NCBI GenBank assembly: GCA_963814375.1
Contig: CAWFCQ010000007.1
Span: 160,001 to 224,000 of the forward strand
Source of the DNA: an uncultured Chloroflexia bacterium
Lineage (GTDB): Bacteria; Chloroflexota; Limnocylindria; QHBO01
Direction of reading: 5' to 3'
Length of the DNA stretch: 64,000 nt
In this document: in pieces, positions 19,521 to 28,588 of the stretch
Layout: every line of letters begins with the position of its first letter
How positions within the stretch are numbered: the first letter of the stretch is position 1
Made by a program: the position numbers and the translations under genes
The notes under the pieces: model-generated
What the model saw: only the letters and a program-made list of their open reading frames with translations
Told to the model about the DNA's origin: nothing
Databases searched by the model: none

Positions 19521-19540
19521 TCGCGCGCTAGCATCGGTCG

Positions 19541-19927
19541 ATGGCGAACCAGGCCGATGTGCGCCGCATCCTCCTTGCGTTGCCGGAGGTGACCGAGGAC
19601 GCCGGCTCCTTCCACTTCCGCGTAGCAGGCAAGCAGATCGCCTGGGTCTACCCCGAGCGGGTCGACCCCAAGCGACCGCGGGTGCCGAACCCGGACGTAC
19701 TCGTCGTGTGGACCGGCGACGACCTCGACAAGCGGGCCCTGCTTGCACTCGACGCGCGGAAGTTCTTCACGACCGCGCACTACGACGGGTATCCGGCGGT
19801 CCTCGTCCACCTGCGCAAGGTCGGCGAGGCGGAGCTGACCGGCCTCCTCACCGATGCCTGGCGCAGCCGCGCCCCGAAACGCCTGGTGCGCGCGTGGGAG
19901 CAATCGCCGTCATCACCGATGAGTTGA
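19541..19927 (+). CDS. MmcQ/YjbR family DNA-binding protein
   Basis: LALPEVTE, FRVAGK, FFTTAHYDGYPAVLVHL, LTDAWRSRAPKRL. Confidence 0.85.
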   Translation: MANQADVRRILLALPEVTEDAGSFHFRVAGKQIAWVYPERVDPKRPRVPNPDVLVVWTGDDLDKRALLALDARKFFTTAHYDGYPAVLVHLRKVGEAELTGLLTDAWRSRAPKRLVRAWEQSPSSPMS

Positions 19928-19946
19928 GAGACGAGGAGCGATCCTT

Positions 19947-20594
19947 ATGGGCATGAGCAAGGTAAGGGTGCACATCTCGACATCGCTGGACGGCTACGTT
20001 GCCGGCCCGAACCAGAGCCAGGAGGAGCCCCTCGGCGAGGGCGGCGAGGATCTTCACAACTGGGTGATCAAGCTGAAGGCGTGGCGCGAGGCCGCCGGTC
20101 TGGAAGGCGGTGAGGAGGACGCCAGCAGCGCCGTGGTGGCGGAGGAGCACGCGAACGTCGGCGCCGAGATCATGGGTCGGGGCAAGTTCGGCCCGGCCAG
20201 CCGCGGCCCATGGGGCGACGATCCCTGGCAGGGCTGGTGGGGCGACGACCCGCCATTCCACAAGCCGGTTTTCGTCCTCACCCATCACGAGCGGGAGCCG
20301 CTGATCCTCTCGGACACGAGCTTCACCTTCGTCACCGATGGCATCGAGCCTGCCCTGGAGCGAGCGAGGGAGGCCGCCGGTGACAAGGACGTCTTCATCG
20401 GCGGCGGCGCCGATGTCATCAACCAGTACCTGGCGGCGGGCCTCGTCGACGAGGTGGAGCTGCACATCGTCCCGCTTCTGCTGGGAGGCGGCGCACGCCT
20501 CTTCGAGGGCGTCGGCCCGGATCTGAAGCTCGAGGAGGTCCGCGCAATCGAGGCGCCCGGGGTGGCGCACCTCAAGTACCGCGTCGTCAAGTGA
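19947..20594 (+). CDS. Dihydrofolate reductase-like (RibD C-terminal domain) protein
   Basis: STSLDGYVAGP, MGRGKF, PVFVLTH, GGGA, GLVDE..LHIVPLLLGGGARLF. Confidence 0.9.
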   Translation: MGMSKVRVHISTSLDGYVAGPNQSQEEPLGEGGEDLHNWVIKLKAWREAAGLEGGEEDASSAVVAEEHANVGAEIMGRGKFGPASRGPWGDDPWQGWWGDDPPFHKPVFVLTHHEREPLILSDTSFTFVTDGIEPALERAREAAGDKDVFIGGGADVINQYLAAGLVDEVELHIVPLLLGGGARLFEGVGPDLKLEEVRAIEAPGVAHLKYRVVK

Positions 20595-21258
20595 GACCGA
20601 GGCTGCGCGGCGGCTCGACCGCGCGCAGCAGGTGCGGACCGTCGTTCGCGACGTGGTTCACGTCGGTGCTCACCGGCCAGATGCGAAGCGTCTCCTCCGG
20701 CGCCGGCCCGAGCATCGGCTCCAGCTCCACCAGCTCGGCGGCCGGATCGAGCCAGGCGTCGAGGAGGTCGGGGCGAAGGATCACCGGCATTCGGCTGTGA
20801 ATCGACTCGACCAGCGCGTTGGGCCGCGTCGTGAGGATCGCCATGGTCGGCGCCTCGTGGCGTGAGTGGCTCCAGATGCCGGCCAGCGCCAGCATCGCGC
20901 CTTCCATGGCCGGCCCGATGGCGTACGGCTGGCGCGGCGTCCGCGCGCGATCCCACTCGTAGAAGGCATCGGCCGGGATCACGCAGCGCTGCCCGCGCAG
21001 CGCCGGCCCGAAGGCCGGTGACGCAGCCGCCGTCTCGGCGCGGGCGTTGATCCAGGATCGTGTTGCATCGGTCCAGAACGGCCGGAAGCCCCATTTCGCG
21101 GCGGCCAGCCGGCGCTCGCCGTCGCGCTCGACGATGATCCGGACCATCTCGGTGGGTGGCACGTTGTAGATGCCGTCGGGCAGGTCGTCATCGGGGTAGG
21201 CGCCGAAGTAGTCACTGATGTGGCGCGACGGCTCGCCCTGGCTGAATCGGCCGCACAT
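20587..21258 (-). CDS. SOS response-associated peptidase (SRAP/YedK/HMCES), abasic-site crosslinking protein
   Basis: N-terminal MCGRF (catalytic Cys2), INARAET, RC.IPADAFYEW, IHSRMPVIL. Confidence 0.95.
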   Translation of the reverse strand: MCGRFSQGEPSRHISDYFGAYPDDDLPDGIYNVPPTEMVRIIVERDGERRLAAAKWGFRPFWTDATRSWINARAETAAASPAFGPALRGQRCVIPADAFYEWDRARTPRQPYAIGPAMEGAMLALAGIWSHSRHEAPTMAILTTRPNALVESIHSRMPVILRPDLLDAWLDPAAELVELEPMLGPAPEETLRIWPVSTDVNHVANDGPHLLRAVEPPRSLGLT

Positions 21259-21261
21259 CCG

Positions 21262-21780
21262 TCAGGTCCATCCCAGCCAGGCGACGATCTCGGCCGCGAC
21301 CTCGCTGATCGGGCGGTCGTTGTCGACGACGAGGTCCTCGAGCCCCTCGCCGTCGCGCGCCGCGATCTGCTTGCGTGCCACCTCGAGATCGTGCTGGCGC
21401 CCGGCCGTGGGGTTGGGGCTCAGCCGCTCCTCGACCACGCTCAGCGGGACGGTGAGGCGCACCACCTGCAGCGGCATCTCCAGGGTTGCGCGGAGGCTCT
21501 CCAGCTCCGCTCGCGTGGCGTAAGAGCCGGCGAGGACGAAACGGCGCATGCCCGCTTCGCGGAAGTTCGCGAGCATCGGCGCGAGGTTGGCGAGCATGAG
21601 GCGGTTCCCCGCCTCGCCGTGCCCATCGGGGATGTTCGCCCACGACAGCCAGTCGAGGTCGATCGCGGCGTACCGAACATCAGCCGCCTCGAGCACCTCG
21701 GCGATCTCCTCGGCCACCGATGACTTGCCGCTGCCGTACACGCCGATGAGGAGCACGGCGTCGAGCTCGCGATCATCCAT
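21262..21780 (-). CDS. Small P-loop nucleotide kinase-like protein (AAA_33 / APS-kinase-like)
   Basis: LLIGVYGSGKSS Walker A, IDLD. Stop lies 3 nt before the SRAP start. Confidence 0.75.
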   Translation of the reverse strand: MDDRELDAVLLIGVYGSGKSSVAEEIAEVLEAADVRYAAIDLDWLSWANIPDGHGEAGNRLMLANLAPMLANFREAGMRRFVLAGSYATRAELESLRATLEMPLQVVRLTVPLSVVEERLSPNPTAGRQHDLEVARKQIAARDGEGLEDLVVDNDRPISEVAAEIVAWLGWT

Positions 21781-21814
21781 GCGGCGAGTATGGACGGCAC
21801 GTTGGCCCAGAGAG

Positions 21815-22471
21815 TCAACCCGAAGGCGAGGCGCGTCCCGAGAGCCATCGAGCCGCTGCCGCGAGGTCGGCCACGAGCCCGGCGTAGGTCTCGTCGCGCA
21901 CGTCGTCCGGTGCCCGCAGGACAGCGGACGGATGAATCGTGGCCAGCACCAGGCCGAGCCGCGACTCGATCACCTCGCCGTGCTGGCGCGTGACGCGGAA
22001 GTCCCGACCCAGAACGGCCTGGGCCGCGGTCGCGCCGAGGCAGACGACGAGCTCCGGCCGGATCCGCGCAACCTCGGCCTCGAGCCAGGGCAGGCATGCC
22101 TCGACCTCGCCACGGTCCGGCTTCTGATGGATGCGCTTCTTGCCCGATCGCGCACGGCGCCACTTGAAGTGCTTCACCACATTCGTGAGATAGGCATCCG
22201 AACGCTCGATCCCAGCTTCAACGAGCGCGCGATCGAGCAGCCGCCCCGCGGAGCCGATGAATGGCACGCCCTCCAGGTCCTCGCTGTTCCCGGGCTGCTC
22301 GCCCACGATCAGCAGGCGCGCCCTCGCGGGACCATTGCCAAAGACGGTCTGGGTGGCACGCGACCACAGCTCGCAGGCGCGGCAGCCGCTGGCGAGCTCG
22401 CGCAGCTGCGAGACCGTCGTCGCGTCGGCGAGAGCCTCGTCCCGCTCGGCCCGGTCCAGCCCTTCGCTCAT
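21815..22471 (-). CDS. udgX: UdgX family uracil-DNA binding protein (family 4 UDG-like, Fe-S)
   Basis: CRACELW, GEQPG, PF.G.AG.LL, TNVVKHFKW, GKKRIHQKP (UdgX R-loop His), HPSAVLR. Confidence 0.9.
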   Translation of the reverse strand: MSEGLDRAERDEALADATTVSQLRELASGCRACELWSRATQTVFGNGPARARLLIVGEQPGNSEDLEGVPFIGSAGRLLDRALVEAGIERSDAYLTNVVKHFKWRRARSGKKRIHQKPDRGEVEACLPWLEAEVARIRPELVVCLGATAAQAVLGRDFRVTRQHGEVIESRLGLVLATIHPSAVLRAPDDVRDETYAGLVADLAAAARWLSGRASPSG

Positions 22472-22546
22472 GCCACAGCCTCAGCACAAGTTCGGCCACC
22501 CGGCGCGGCTCTTGCATGAGCAGCGATCAAGGAGGACCACAGGACC

Positions 22547-22747
22547 ATGACCGATGAGCTCGACCGCCGCGAAGGCGGCGCCTGGATCGGCCAGCACCCC
22601 GATCCGAACACCGAGGAGGTTCGCCGGAACCTCGACCCCGCTGCCGAACGCGTCGCCGTCACCGACAACCAGGTCGGGGATCCACGCGAAAGCGACGACC
22701 AGCCGCACGGCCATGCGGAGCCCGGCCCCGCCGACGGGGCGGACTGA
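22547..22747 (+). CDS. Small acidic hypothetical protein (66 aa)
   Basis: AAGGAGG RBS; D/E-rich; high-GC codon usage. Confidence 0.65.
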   Translation: MTDELDRREGGAWIGQHPDPNTEEVRRNLDPAAERVAVTDNQVGDPRESDDQPHGHAEPGPADGAD

Positions 22748-22756
22748 GGAGGAGCA

Positions 22757-22927
22757 GTGGAACAGGAGCGCGACGCAGGCAAGGTCAACGAGCCGACCGG
22801 CGAGGCACCCGATGCAGGGCTCGCCTACGACCCGGCCATGACCGATACGGACGAGGCAAACATCCCGCCGGCGACCGAGGCCGATCCTCACGAGGAGGGC
22901 CCGATCGAGCGCGAGGACAAGGGCTAG
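22757..22927 (+). CDS. Small acidic hypothetical protein (56 aa; not in the ORF track)
   Basis: GAGGAGGAG RBS then GTG; MEQERDAGKVNEPTGEAPDAGLAYDPAMTDTDEANIPPATEADPHEEGPIEREDKG. Fills the gap between two genes. Confidence 0.65.
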   Translation: MEQERDAGKVNEPTGEAPDAGLAYDPAMTDTDEANIPPATEADPHEEGPIEREDKG

Positions 22928-22939
22928 GAAGGGACAAGG

Positions 22940-23377
22940 ATGGTCGACGTTTCCGCACGATCGACGCTCGAGGAGAACAAGGCGGTGGTCCGCCGCTTCA
23001 TCGACGAGATCTTCATGAAGGGCGACTTCGACGCCGTCGACGAGCTGCTGACCGATGACTTCACGCCGCATACCTGGGGACCGATGCCGCCCGGACGCGA
23101 TGGCCTCAAGGACGCGATCGAGCGCGTCAAGTCCGGAATCTCCGACCCGAAGATGACGATCGAGGACGTCATCGCGGAGGGCGACCTCGTTGCGGTGCGG
23201 CTCACGTCATCGGCGACGCACACCGGCGAGTTCATGGGCATGCCGGCCACAGGCAAGACGTACGAGATGGGCGAGATCCACATCTTCCGTCTCCGAGACG
23301 GACAAGTTGCCGAGCATTGGCACCAGGCCGACTTCATGGGGATGATGAAGCAGCTCGGAGCGGCTCCCGGCGGCTGA
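22940..23377 (+). CDS. SnoaL-like ester cyclase (NTF2-like)
   Basis: EENKAVVRRF, IAEGDLVAVR, THTGEFMGMPATGK, EHW. Confidence 0.9.
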   Translation: MVDVSARSTLEENKAVVRRFIDEIFMKGDFDAVDELLTDDFTPHTWGPMPPGRDGLKDAIERVKSGISDPKMTIEDVIAEGDLVAVRLTSSATHTGEFMGMPATGKTYEMGEIHIFRLRDGQVAEHWHQADFMGMMKQLGAAPGG

Positions 23378-23413
23378 GCGACAAACGCCCGGGAAAGGCC
23401 TAGCATCGGTGGC

Positions 23414-24301
23414 ATGGCCCTCCGCAACGACCCTGACTCGAAGCTCGCCGATTACGCCCACCCCGAGCGCCTCGTCACGACCCATTGGCTGGCGGAGCAC
23501 CTCGACGATCCTGGCCTCGTGGTCGTCGAGTCCGACGAAGACATCCTCATCTACGACACTGGGCACATTCCGGGCGCCGTGAGGGTCGACTGGCACACCG
23601 AGCTCAACGATCCGATCACCCGCGACTACCTGGAGGCCGATCGCTTCGCCGCGCTGATGGGCGAGAAGGGCATCGGCCGCGACACCACCGTCGTCTTCTA
23701 TGGGGACAAGAGCAACTGGTGGGCCGCCTACGCTCTGTGGGTCTTCAGTCTCTTCGGCCATTCCGACCTGCGCCTCCTGGACGGCGGCCGTGCCAAGTGG
23801 GAGGCCGAAGGTCGACCCATGACGACCGATGCTCCCAGCCGCGTTCCCACCGACTACCCGGTGGTCGGGCGTGACGACTCGCGCATCCGCGCCTTCCGCG
23901 ACGAGGTGACCGCGCACCTGGGCAATCCGCTCGTCGACGTCCGCTCGCCGGACGAGTACAGCGGCAAGCTGCTCCACATGCCGAACTACCCGCAGGAGGG
24001 AGCGCTGCGCGGCGGCCACATCCCCGGAGCGAAGAGCGTGCCGTGGGCGAAGGCCGCCAACGAGGACGGAACCTTCAAGTCCCGCGCGGAGCTCGAGTCT
24101 CTGTACCAGGACGAGGTCGGACTTGCGTCTTCCGATGACGTGGTCGTCTACTGCCGCATCGGCGAGCGCTCGAGCCACACCTGGTTCGCGCTGACGCACC
24201 TGCTCGGGTTCGAGAAGGTCCGCAACTACGACGGCTCGTGGACCGAGTGGGGCAATGCCGTCCGGATGCCGATCGAGCGCGAGGTGGAGACCGCAGGATG
24301 A
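23414..24301 (+). CDS. sseA: Tandem-rhodanese thiosulfate sulfurtransferase (SseA/CysA type)
   Basis: GHIPGA twice, YCRIGERS active site, [10 protein letters not shown]. Confidence 0.93.
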   Translation: MALRNDPDSKLADYAHPERLVTTHWLAEHLDDPGLVVVESDEDILIYDTGHIPGAVRVDWHTELNDPITRDYLEADRFAALMGEKGIGRDTTVVFYGDKSNWWAAYALWVFSLFGHSDLRLLDGGRAKWEAEGRPMTTDAPSRVPTDYPVVGRDDSRIRAFRDEVTAHLGNPLVDVRSPDEYSGKLLHMPNYPQEGALRGGHIPGAKSVPWAKAANEDGTFKSRAELESLYQDEVGLASSDDVVVYCRIGERSSHTWFALTHLLGFEKVRNYDGSWTEWGNAVRMPIEREVETAG

Positions 24302-24732
24302 CGGTCGAGGCGCTGCCGCCGCCGCTGGCCGAGATCGTCGACCTGTTCGCGACCTCTCCGCCGCGCGACCGGCTCGAGCTGCTGCTGGAGTACTCCCAAC
24401 AGCTCCCGCCGTTGCCGGCTCGATACGCCGAGCACCCCGAGCGGCTCGAGCCAGTCCCGGAATGCCAGTCGCCCCTCTTCGTGGCCGCCGAGGTGGGCGA
24501 GGATCGGCTGGTTCACCTGTTCGTGGATGCCCCGGCGGAGGCTCCCACCACGCGCGGCTTCGCCGGGATCTTCCACGCCGGCCTCGAGGGCCTGTCCGCC
24601 GAGGACGTGCTGGCCGTGCCGCAGGACATCACCGGCCGGCTCGCACTGGCGGAGGTCGTCAGCCCGTTGCGCCTGCGCGGCGCCGCGGCCCTGCTCGGGC
24701 GGATCCAGCGCCAGGTGCGAGACCAGACCTAG
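24298..24732 (+). CDS. sufE: SufE family sulfur-acceptor protein
   Basis: ATGA overlap with sseA; [23 protein letters not shown]. Confidence 0.9.
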   Translation: MTVEALPPPLAEIVDLFATSPPRDRLELLLEYSQQLPPLPARYAEHPERLEPVPECQSPLFVAAEVGEDRLVHLFVDAPAEAPTTRGFAGIFHAGLEGLSAEDVLAVPQDITGRLALAEVVSPLRLRGAAALLGRIQRQVRDQT

Positions 24733-24754
24733 GGCCGCGGCTCACCGAGGTTGA

Positions 24755-25426
24755 TCAGCAGTCGACGTCGAATCCGCCCTGCGGATGCTGGATGACCTGG
24801 CAGAAGTAGCGGATCTGCTCGAGGGTGGCGTCGGTCGTGGGCGAGAGCTCGACTTCGGCGCCCGCGATGGTGACCGATCCCGAAGCCGTCGCCCCGGCGC
24901 TCAGGCCATGAGAGAAGGTGTGAACTCGGGCGCCGCGCTTCTCGCCCACGGGGAACCATTCATTGCTCGAGATCTTCGAGCGCTCGAAGCCGCCGATGGC
25001 TGCCCATTCCAGCTGGAGCCCGATCACGACCGGGTTGCCATCGCCATCTGTGCCGTTCAGCTGAACGTCGATCGACGCCGTGTCGAACCGCGGGCTCGTG
25101 ACCAGCTTGTCGAGCGATTGGGCATCGGCGCTGAACACCACCGGGAAGCGCGGACCGGGGCCGTCGCATATGTCGAGCTCGCGGTAGAAGACGCCGACCA
25201 GGCCCTGCTTGTTGACCGGGCCGCGCCGGCTGCCGAACTTGGCATCCATGGCGCTGACGAAGACTTCGACCTGGCGGCAGCCGTCGACCTGGACGAATGT
25301 CGCGCCGGCGTGGCGCGAGCGGATGACCCGAGCGTAGTCCTCGACCCTGGCGCCGACCGGAGCCGCGGCCGCCAGGAGGATGCCGATTGCTACGAGAGCA
25401 GGGAGGAGCGGGTGAAGGCGGCGCAT
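24755..25426 (-). CDS. Hypothetical secreted protein
   Basis: N-terminal signal peptide (LVAIGILLAAAAPVGA), beta-rich body with four Cys. Confidence 0.65.
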   Translation of the reverse strand: MRRLHPLLPALVAIGILLAAAAPVGARVEDYARVIRSRHAGATFVQVDGCRQVEVFVSAMDAKFGSRRGPVNKQGLVGVFYRELDICDGPGPRFPVVFSADAQSLDKLVTSPRFDTASIDVQLNGTDGDGNPVVIGLQLEWAAIGGFERSKISSNEWFPVGEKRGARVHTFSHGLSAGATASGSVTIAGAEVELSPTTDATLEQIRYFCQVIQHPQGGFDVDC

Positions 25427-25510
25427 GGTGCGATCCTCGATACCACCGCGCCGGAGGATCGGCGTCGGGCTGGCCCTGGGACGCGCGCCACCCGGACGGC
25501 GTTACGGCGC

Positions 25511-25780
25511 CTAGGCTGCAGCTCCGCTCGAACGCCCCGCCCACCAGCGCCACAGCGCCGTCACGATCACCGCGCCGATCAGTGAGCCGATGATCCCGCT
25601 GGCGCGCAGCTCGAGGCCGTCTCCCGCGAGCAGGCTGAACAGCAGCCCGCCGACGAACGAGCCGACGAGCCCCGAGACCAGGGCGATGCCCCAGTCGATC
25701 TGACCGCCCCTGCGCCCGAGAATGAGCTGGGCCCCCGCCCCGATGAGCATGCCGAACAGAATCAGGCCGATGATGAGCAT
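25511..25780 (-). CDS. GlsB/YeaQ/YmgE family stress-response membrane protein
   Basis: MLIIGLILFGMLIGAGAQLI...GLVGSFVGG...GSLIGAVIV. TATACT -10 lies 7 nt before ATG 25780. Confidence 0.85.
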   Translation of the reverse strand: MLIIGLILFGMLIGAGAQLILGRRGGQIDWGIALVSGLVGSFVGGLLFSLLAGDGLELRASGIIGSLIGAVIVTALWRWWAGRSSGAAA

Positions 25781-25806
25781 GGGCGCGAGTATAGGGACCG
25801 GGAGAG

Positions 25807-26931
25807 TCAGCGCGCCGCGGCCAGCACCGAGCGTCGCTCCCGGCCGAGGGCGGTTGATCGGTCGTAGAGGACGACGATCAGGCTGAGCACCCCGATCAGG
25901 AAGAGGAACTCCACCAGCGGCAGAGCCTGGGCGGCCGGCAGCAGCAGACCGATCCCGATCCCGATCGCGGCGTTCACGGCCGTCATCGCCACGAACTCGA
26001 CGCCCAGCGAGGTCCAGCTCACGCCGCGGCCGGCCAACCAGTGGCTGACGAGGGTGCTGGCGCCGATGATGAGCAGCACCGCGATGGCGACCTGGAGCGG
26101 GCTGCCCTCGATGCCGGGCAGCATCCGGCTGAAGATGAAGACCATCAGGCTGAGGAGCACCACCTTCTCGACGAAGGTGCGATCGAATGCGGCGGATGGG
26201 GCGGCCGCGGCCGGTCGCGGCGGCCATCCGAGATGCTCGGACTGCCGATCGGCCGAGAAGGTCGCGGGCCAGTCGGCCGGAGGCAGGAATCGGGTCGCCC
26301 ACCGCGCGAGCAGCACCGCGGCGACGAGCGCGACGACGATGGCGACCGCGACGAGCGGGCGATTGGCGATGGCATCGGTCCAGGAGCTGGTGGGGGCGAC
26401 GCCGAAGATCGTCTCCTTCATGAAGTCGGTGAAGTCCAGCTGCGCGATGTGGATCCACCACTCCTGCGGAAGCTTGATGAAGATCCAGATGAAGGCGGCG
26501 ACGCCGATGACCGCCCCCACGGCGAGCCGAAGGTGGCTGCGCGAGATCTTGAAGGCCTCGATGGCGTCGAAGAAGTACTCGAACGTGTTCGGGAAGACGA
26601 AGAGAATCCACCGCGCCCCGGTGCTCTCGAACAGCGCGACGCCGATGAGGCGGTAGTACCAGAGAAACCGCCCGACGACGAAGGCGGGGCCCTGCACCCA
26701 GTTCGCGATGGTCGAGACGTAGGCGATGGCGAGGTAGTAGATGTCGAGCGCCTTGTCGTAGGTCTGGTATCCGGCGAGGTCGGATTCGAGGGTGAGCGAG
26801 AAGACCGTCTGGTCGATCCCGTCGAGCACCATGGCGACAAGGATGGCCGGCAGCGGATAGGCCGGGATGAAGAGCGGAACGATGAGCCGCGCCGCCACGA
26901 CGGCGACCGGGATGATCAGCGCCAGCTCCAC
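25807..26931 (-). CDS. Multi-TM hypothetical membrane protein
   Basis: About 9 TMs; LDGIDQ and YQTYDKALDIYYL motifs; follows the aminotransferase on the same strand. Confidence 0.75.
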   Translation of the reverse strand: MELALIIPVAVVAARLIVPLFIPAYPLPAILVAMVLDGIDQTVFSLTLESDLAGYQTYDKALDIYYLAIAYVSTIANWVQGPAFVVGRFLWYYRLIGVALFESTGARWILFVFPNTFEYFFDAIEAFKISRSHLRLAVGAVIGVAAFIWIFIKLPQEWWIHIAQLDFTDFMKETIFGVAPTSSWTDAIANRPLVAVAIVVALVAAVLLARWATRFLPPADWPATFSADRQSEHLGWPPRPAAAAPSAAFDRTFVEKVVLLSLMVFIFSRMLPGIEGSPLQVAIAVLLIIGASTLVSHWLAGRGVSWTSLGVEFVAMTAVNAAIGIGIGLLLPAAQALPLVEFLFLIGVLSLIVVLYDRSTALGRERRSVLAAAR

Positions 26932-26941
26932 GACCGGTCGC

Positions 26942-28111
26942 TCAGGCCGGCTTGGCGCTCGCCACGCGAGAAAGGCGGCTCGCGGCCTCGGCCAGCGTCT
27001 CGGCGCGCTTGGGGAAGGCGAAGCGGATCTTGGTCCTGCCGAGCTCCGGGCGGGAGTAGAACGATGAGCCCGGGACGGTCGCGACGCCGGGATCGGCGGT
27101 GAGGCGCCGCGCGAAGGTCACGTCGTCGTCGGTGGTGAGGTCGGTGATATCGGTCATGACGTAGTACGCACCGTCGGGCGTGAAGGAGCGCAGTCCCGTC
27201 GCGCTCAGCGCGCCGAGGATCGTGTCACGCCGCTCGCGGTAGGCCGTGGCGAGCCGCTCGTAATAGGCATGCGGCATGTTCATGGCGACGGTCCCGGCTG
27301 CCTGGAGGGGTGCAGCCGCGCCGACGGTGAGGAAGTCGTGGACCTTGCGGATGCCGTTGGTGAGGCGAGCCGGTGCGATGACCCACCCGACCCGCCAGCC
27401 GGTCACCGAGTACGTCTTCGACAGCGAGTTCACCGCCACCGTGCGCTCGGCCATCCCCGGCAGGGTTGCGAGCGGGATGTGCTCCCCGGCAAAGACGATG
27501 TGCTCGTAGATGTCATCGGTGAAGGCGACGACGTCGTGCTCGCGGCACAAGGTGGCGATGAGCTCGAGCTCGGCCCGCGAGAAGACCTTGCCGGTCGGGT
27601 TGTGCGGGGTGTTGAGGACCAGGCCGCGCGTCCGAGGCCCGAACGCTGCCCGCAGCTCGGCCTCGTCGATCGACCAGTCCGGCTCGTGGAGCGTCACGTA
27701 GCGCGGGACGGCGCCCGAGAGGATGGCGTCCGGGCCGTAGTTCTCGTAGAACGGCTCGAACACGACGACCTCGTCCCCTGGATCGAGGACCGCCATCATC
27801 GCCGCGATCATCCCTTCCGTGGCGCCGCAGGTGACGGTGACATCGGTCTCCGGATCGACCGCCCAGCCCGGGTAGTGGCGAGTCGTCTTGGCGGCGATGG
27901 CCTCGCGGAAGTCGCGTGCGCCCCAGGTGATCGCGTACTGGTTGATGTCGGCGTCGATCGCCGCCTTGGCCGCCTCCTTCAGCTCGGGCGGGCATGCGAA
28001 GTCGGGGAAGCCCTGCGCCAGGTTCACCGCGTCGTGCGCCATCGCCAGCCGCGTCATCTCACGGATGACGGACTCGGTGAAGGACGCGGCCTTTCGGGAG
28101 ATCTCAGCCAT
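26942..28111 (-). CDS. Class I/II PLP aminotransferase (YbdL / methionine-kynurenine aminotransferase-like)
   Basis: VNLAQGFPDF, GATEG, NTPHNPTGKVF, DDIYEH, SLSKTYSVTGWRVG. Confidence 0.93.
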   Translation of the reverse strand: MAEISRKAASFTESVIREMTRLAMAHDAVNLAQGFPDFACPPELKEAAKAAIDADINQYAITWGARDFREAIAAKTTRHYPGWAVDPETDVTVTCGATEGMIAAMMAVLDPGDEVVVFEPFYENYGPDAILSGAVPRYVTLHEPDWSIDEAELRAAFGPRTRGLVLNTPHNPTGKVFSRAELELIATLCREHDVVAFTDDIYEHIVFAGEHIPLATLPGMAERTVAVNSLSKTYSVTGWRVGWVIAPARLTNGIRKVHDFLTVGAAAPLQAAGTVAMNMPHAYYERLATAYRERRDTILGALSATGLRSFTPDGAYYVMTDITDLTTDDDVTFARRLTADPGVATVPGSSFYSRPELGRTKIRFAFPKRAETLAEAASRLSRVASAKPA

Positions 28112-28145
28112 CGGTTCATTGTCGCCGACCGACGCTGCGCGCGGC

Positions 28146-28523
28146 CTACCCGGAGGTGATCAGGACGACGTTGCCGTCGGGATCGTCGACCATCGCGGCG
28201 TAGGGACCGGAGGTCCTCGCCGGCGCCATGCGCCCGTGATAGCCGAGCTCCGTCATCTCGGCGTACTTCGCGTCGACGGCGGCGTCATCGGCCAGGAAGA
28301 ACTCGAGCATGACCTGGTAGCCGCCGCTGGGCCATGTGCGCGTTGGGTCGTGCTGGTCCGCCCAGAAGGTGTCCCAGAAGATCGTGACGCCGCTCTCCAT
28401 CCGTACCTGGACGAAGCGCTTCTCGTCGGCGTCGGCTGGGATGTCCATCCCAAGCCGGCGATAGAACGCCAGCGAGGTCGCCATCTCGCGCACCATCAGA
28501 CCGACCATGCTCAGCTGCACCAT
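28146..28523 (-). CDS. VOC / glyoxalase family protein
   Basis: SLAFYRRLG, VDAKYAE, YAAMVDDPDGNVV. Confidence 0.88.
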   Translation of the reverse strand: MVQLSMVGLMVREMATSLAFYRRLGMDIPADADEKRFVQVRMESGVTIFWDTFWADQHDPTRTWPSGGYQVMLEFFLADDAAVDAKYAEMTELGYHGRMAPARTSGPYAAMVDDPDGNVVLITSG

Positions 28524-28588
28524 CGATTCACTCTAGCCAGCGACGCCGTCGGTCGACGGAAGGCAGCGCCAGCCGGTAGGCTGGGACC

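Noticed and set aside
23414-24732. sseA-sufE pair as a novel system
   Set aside because: Known arrangement (e.g. mycobacterial SseA-SufE).
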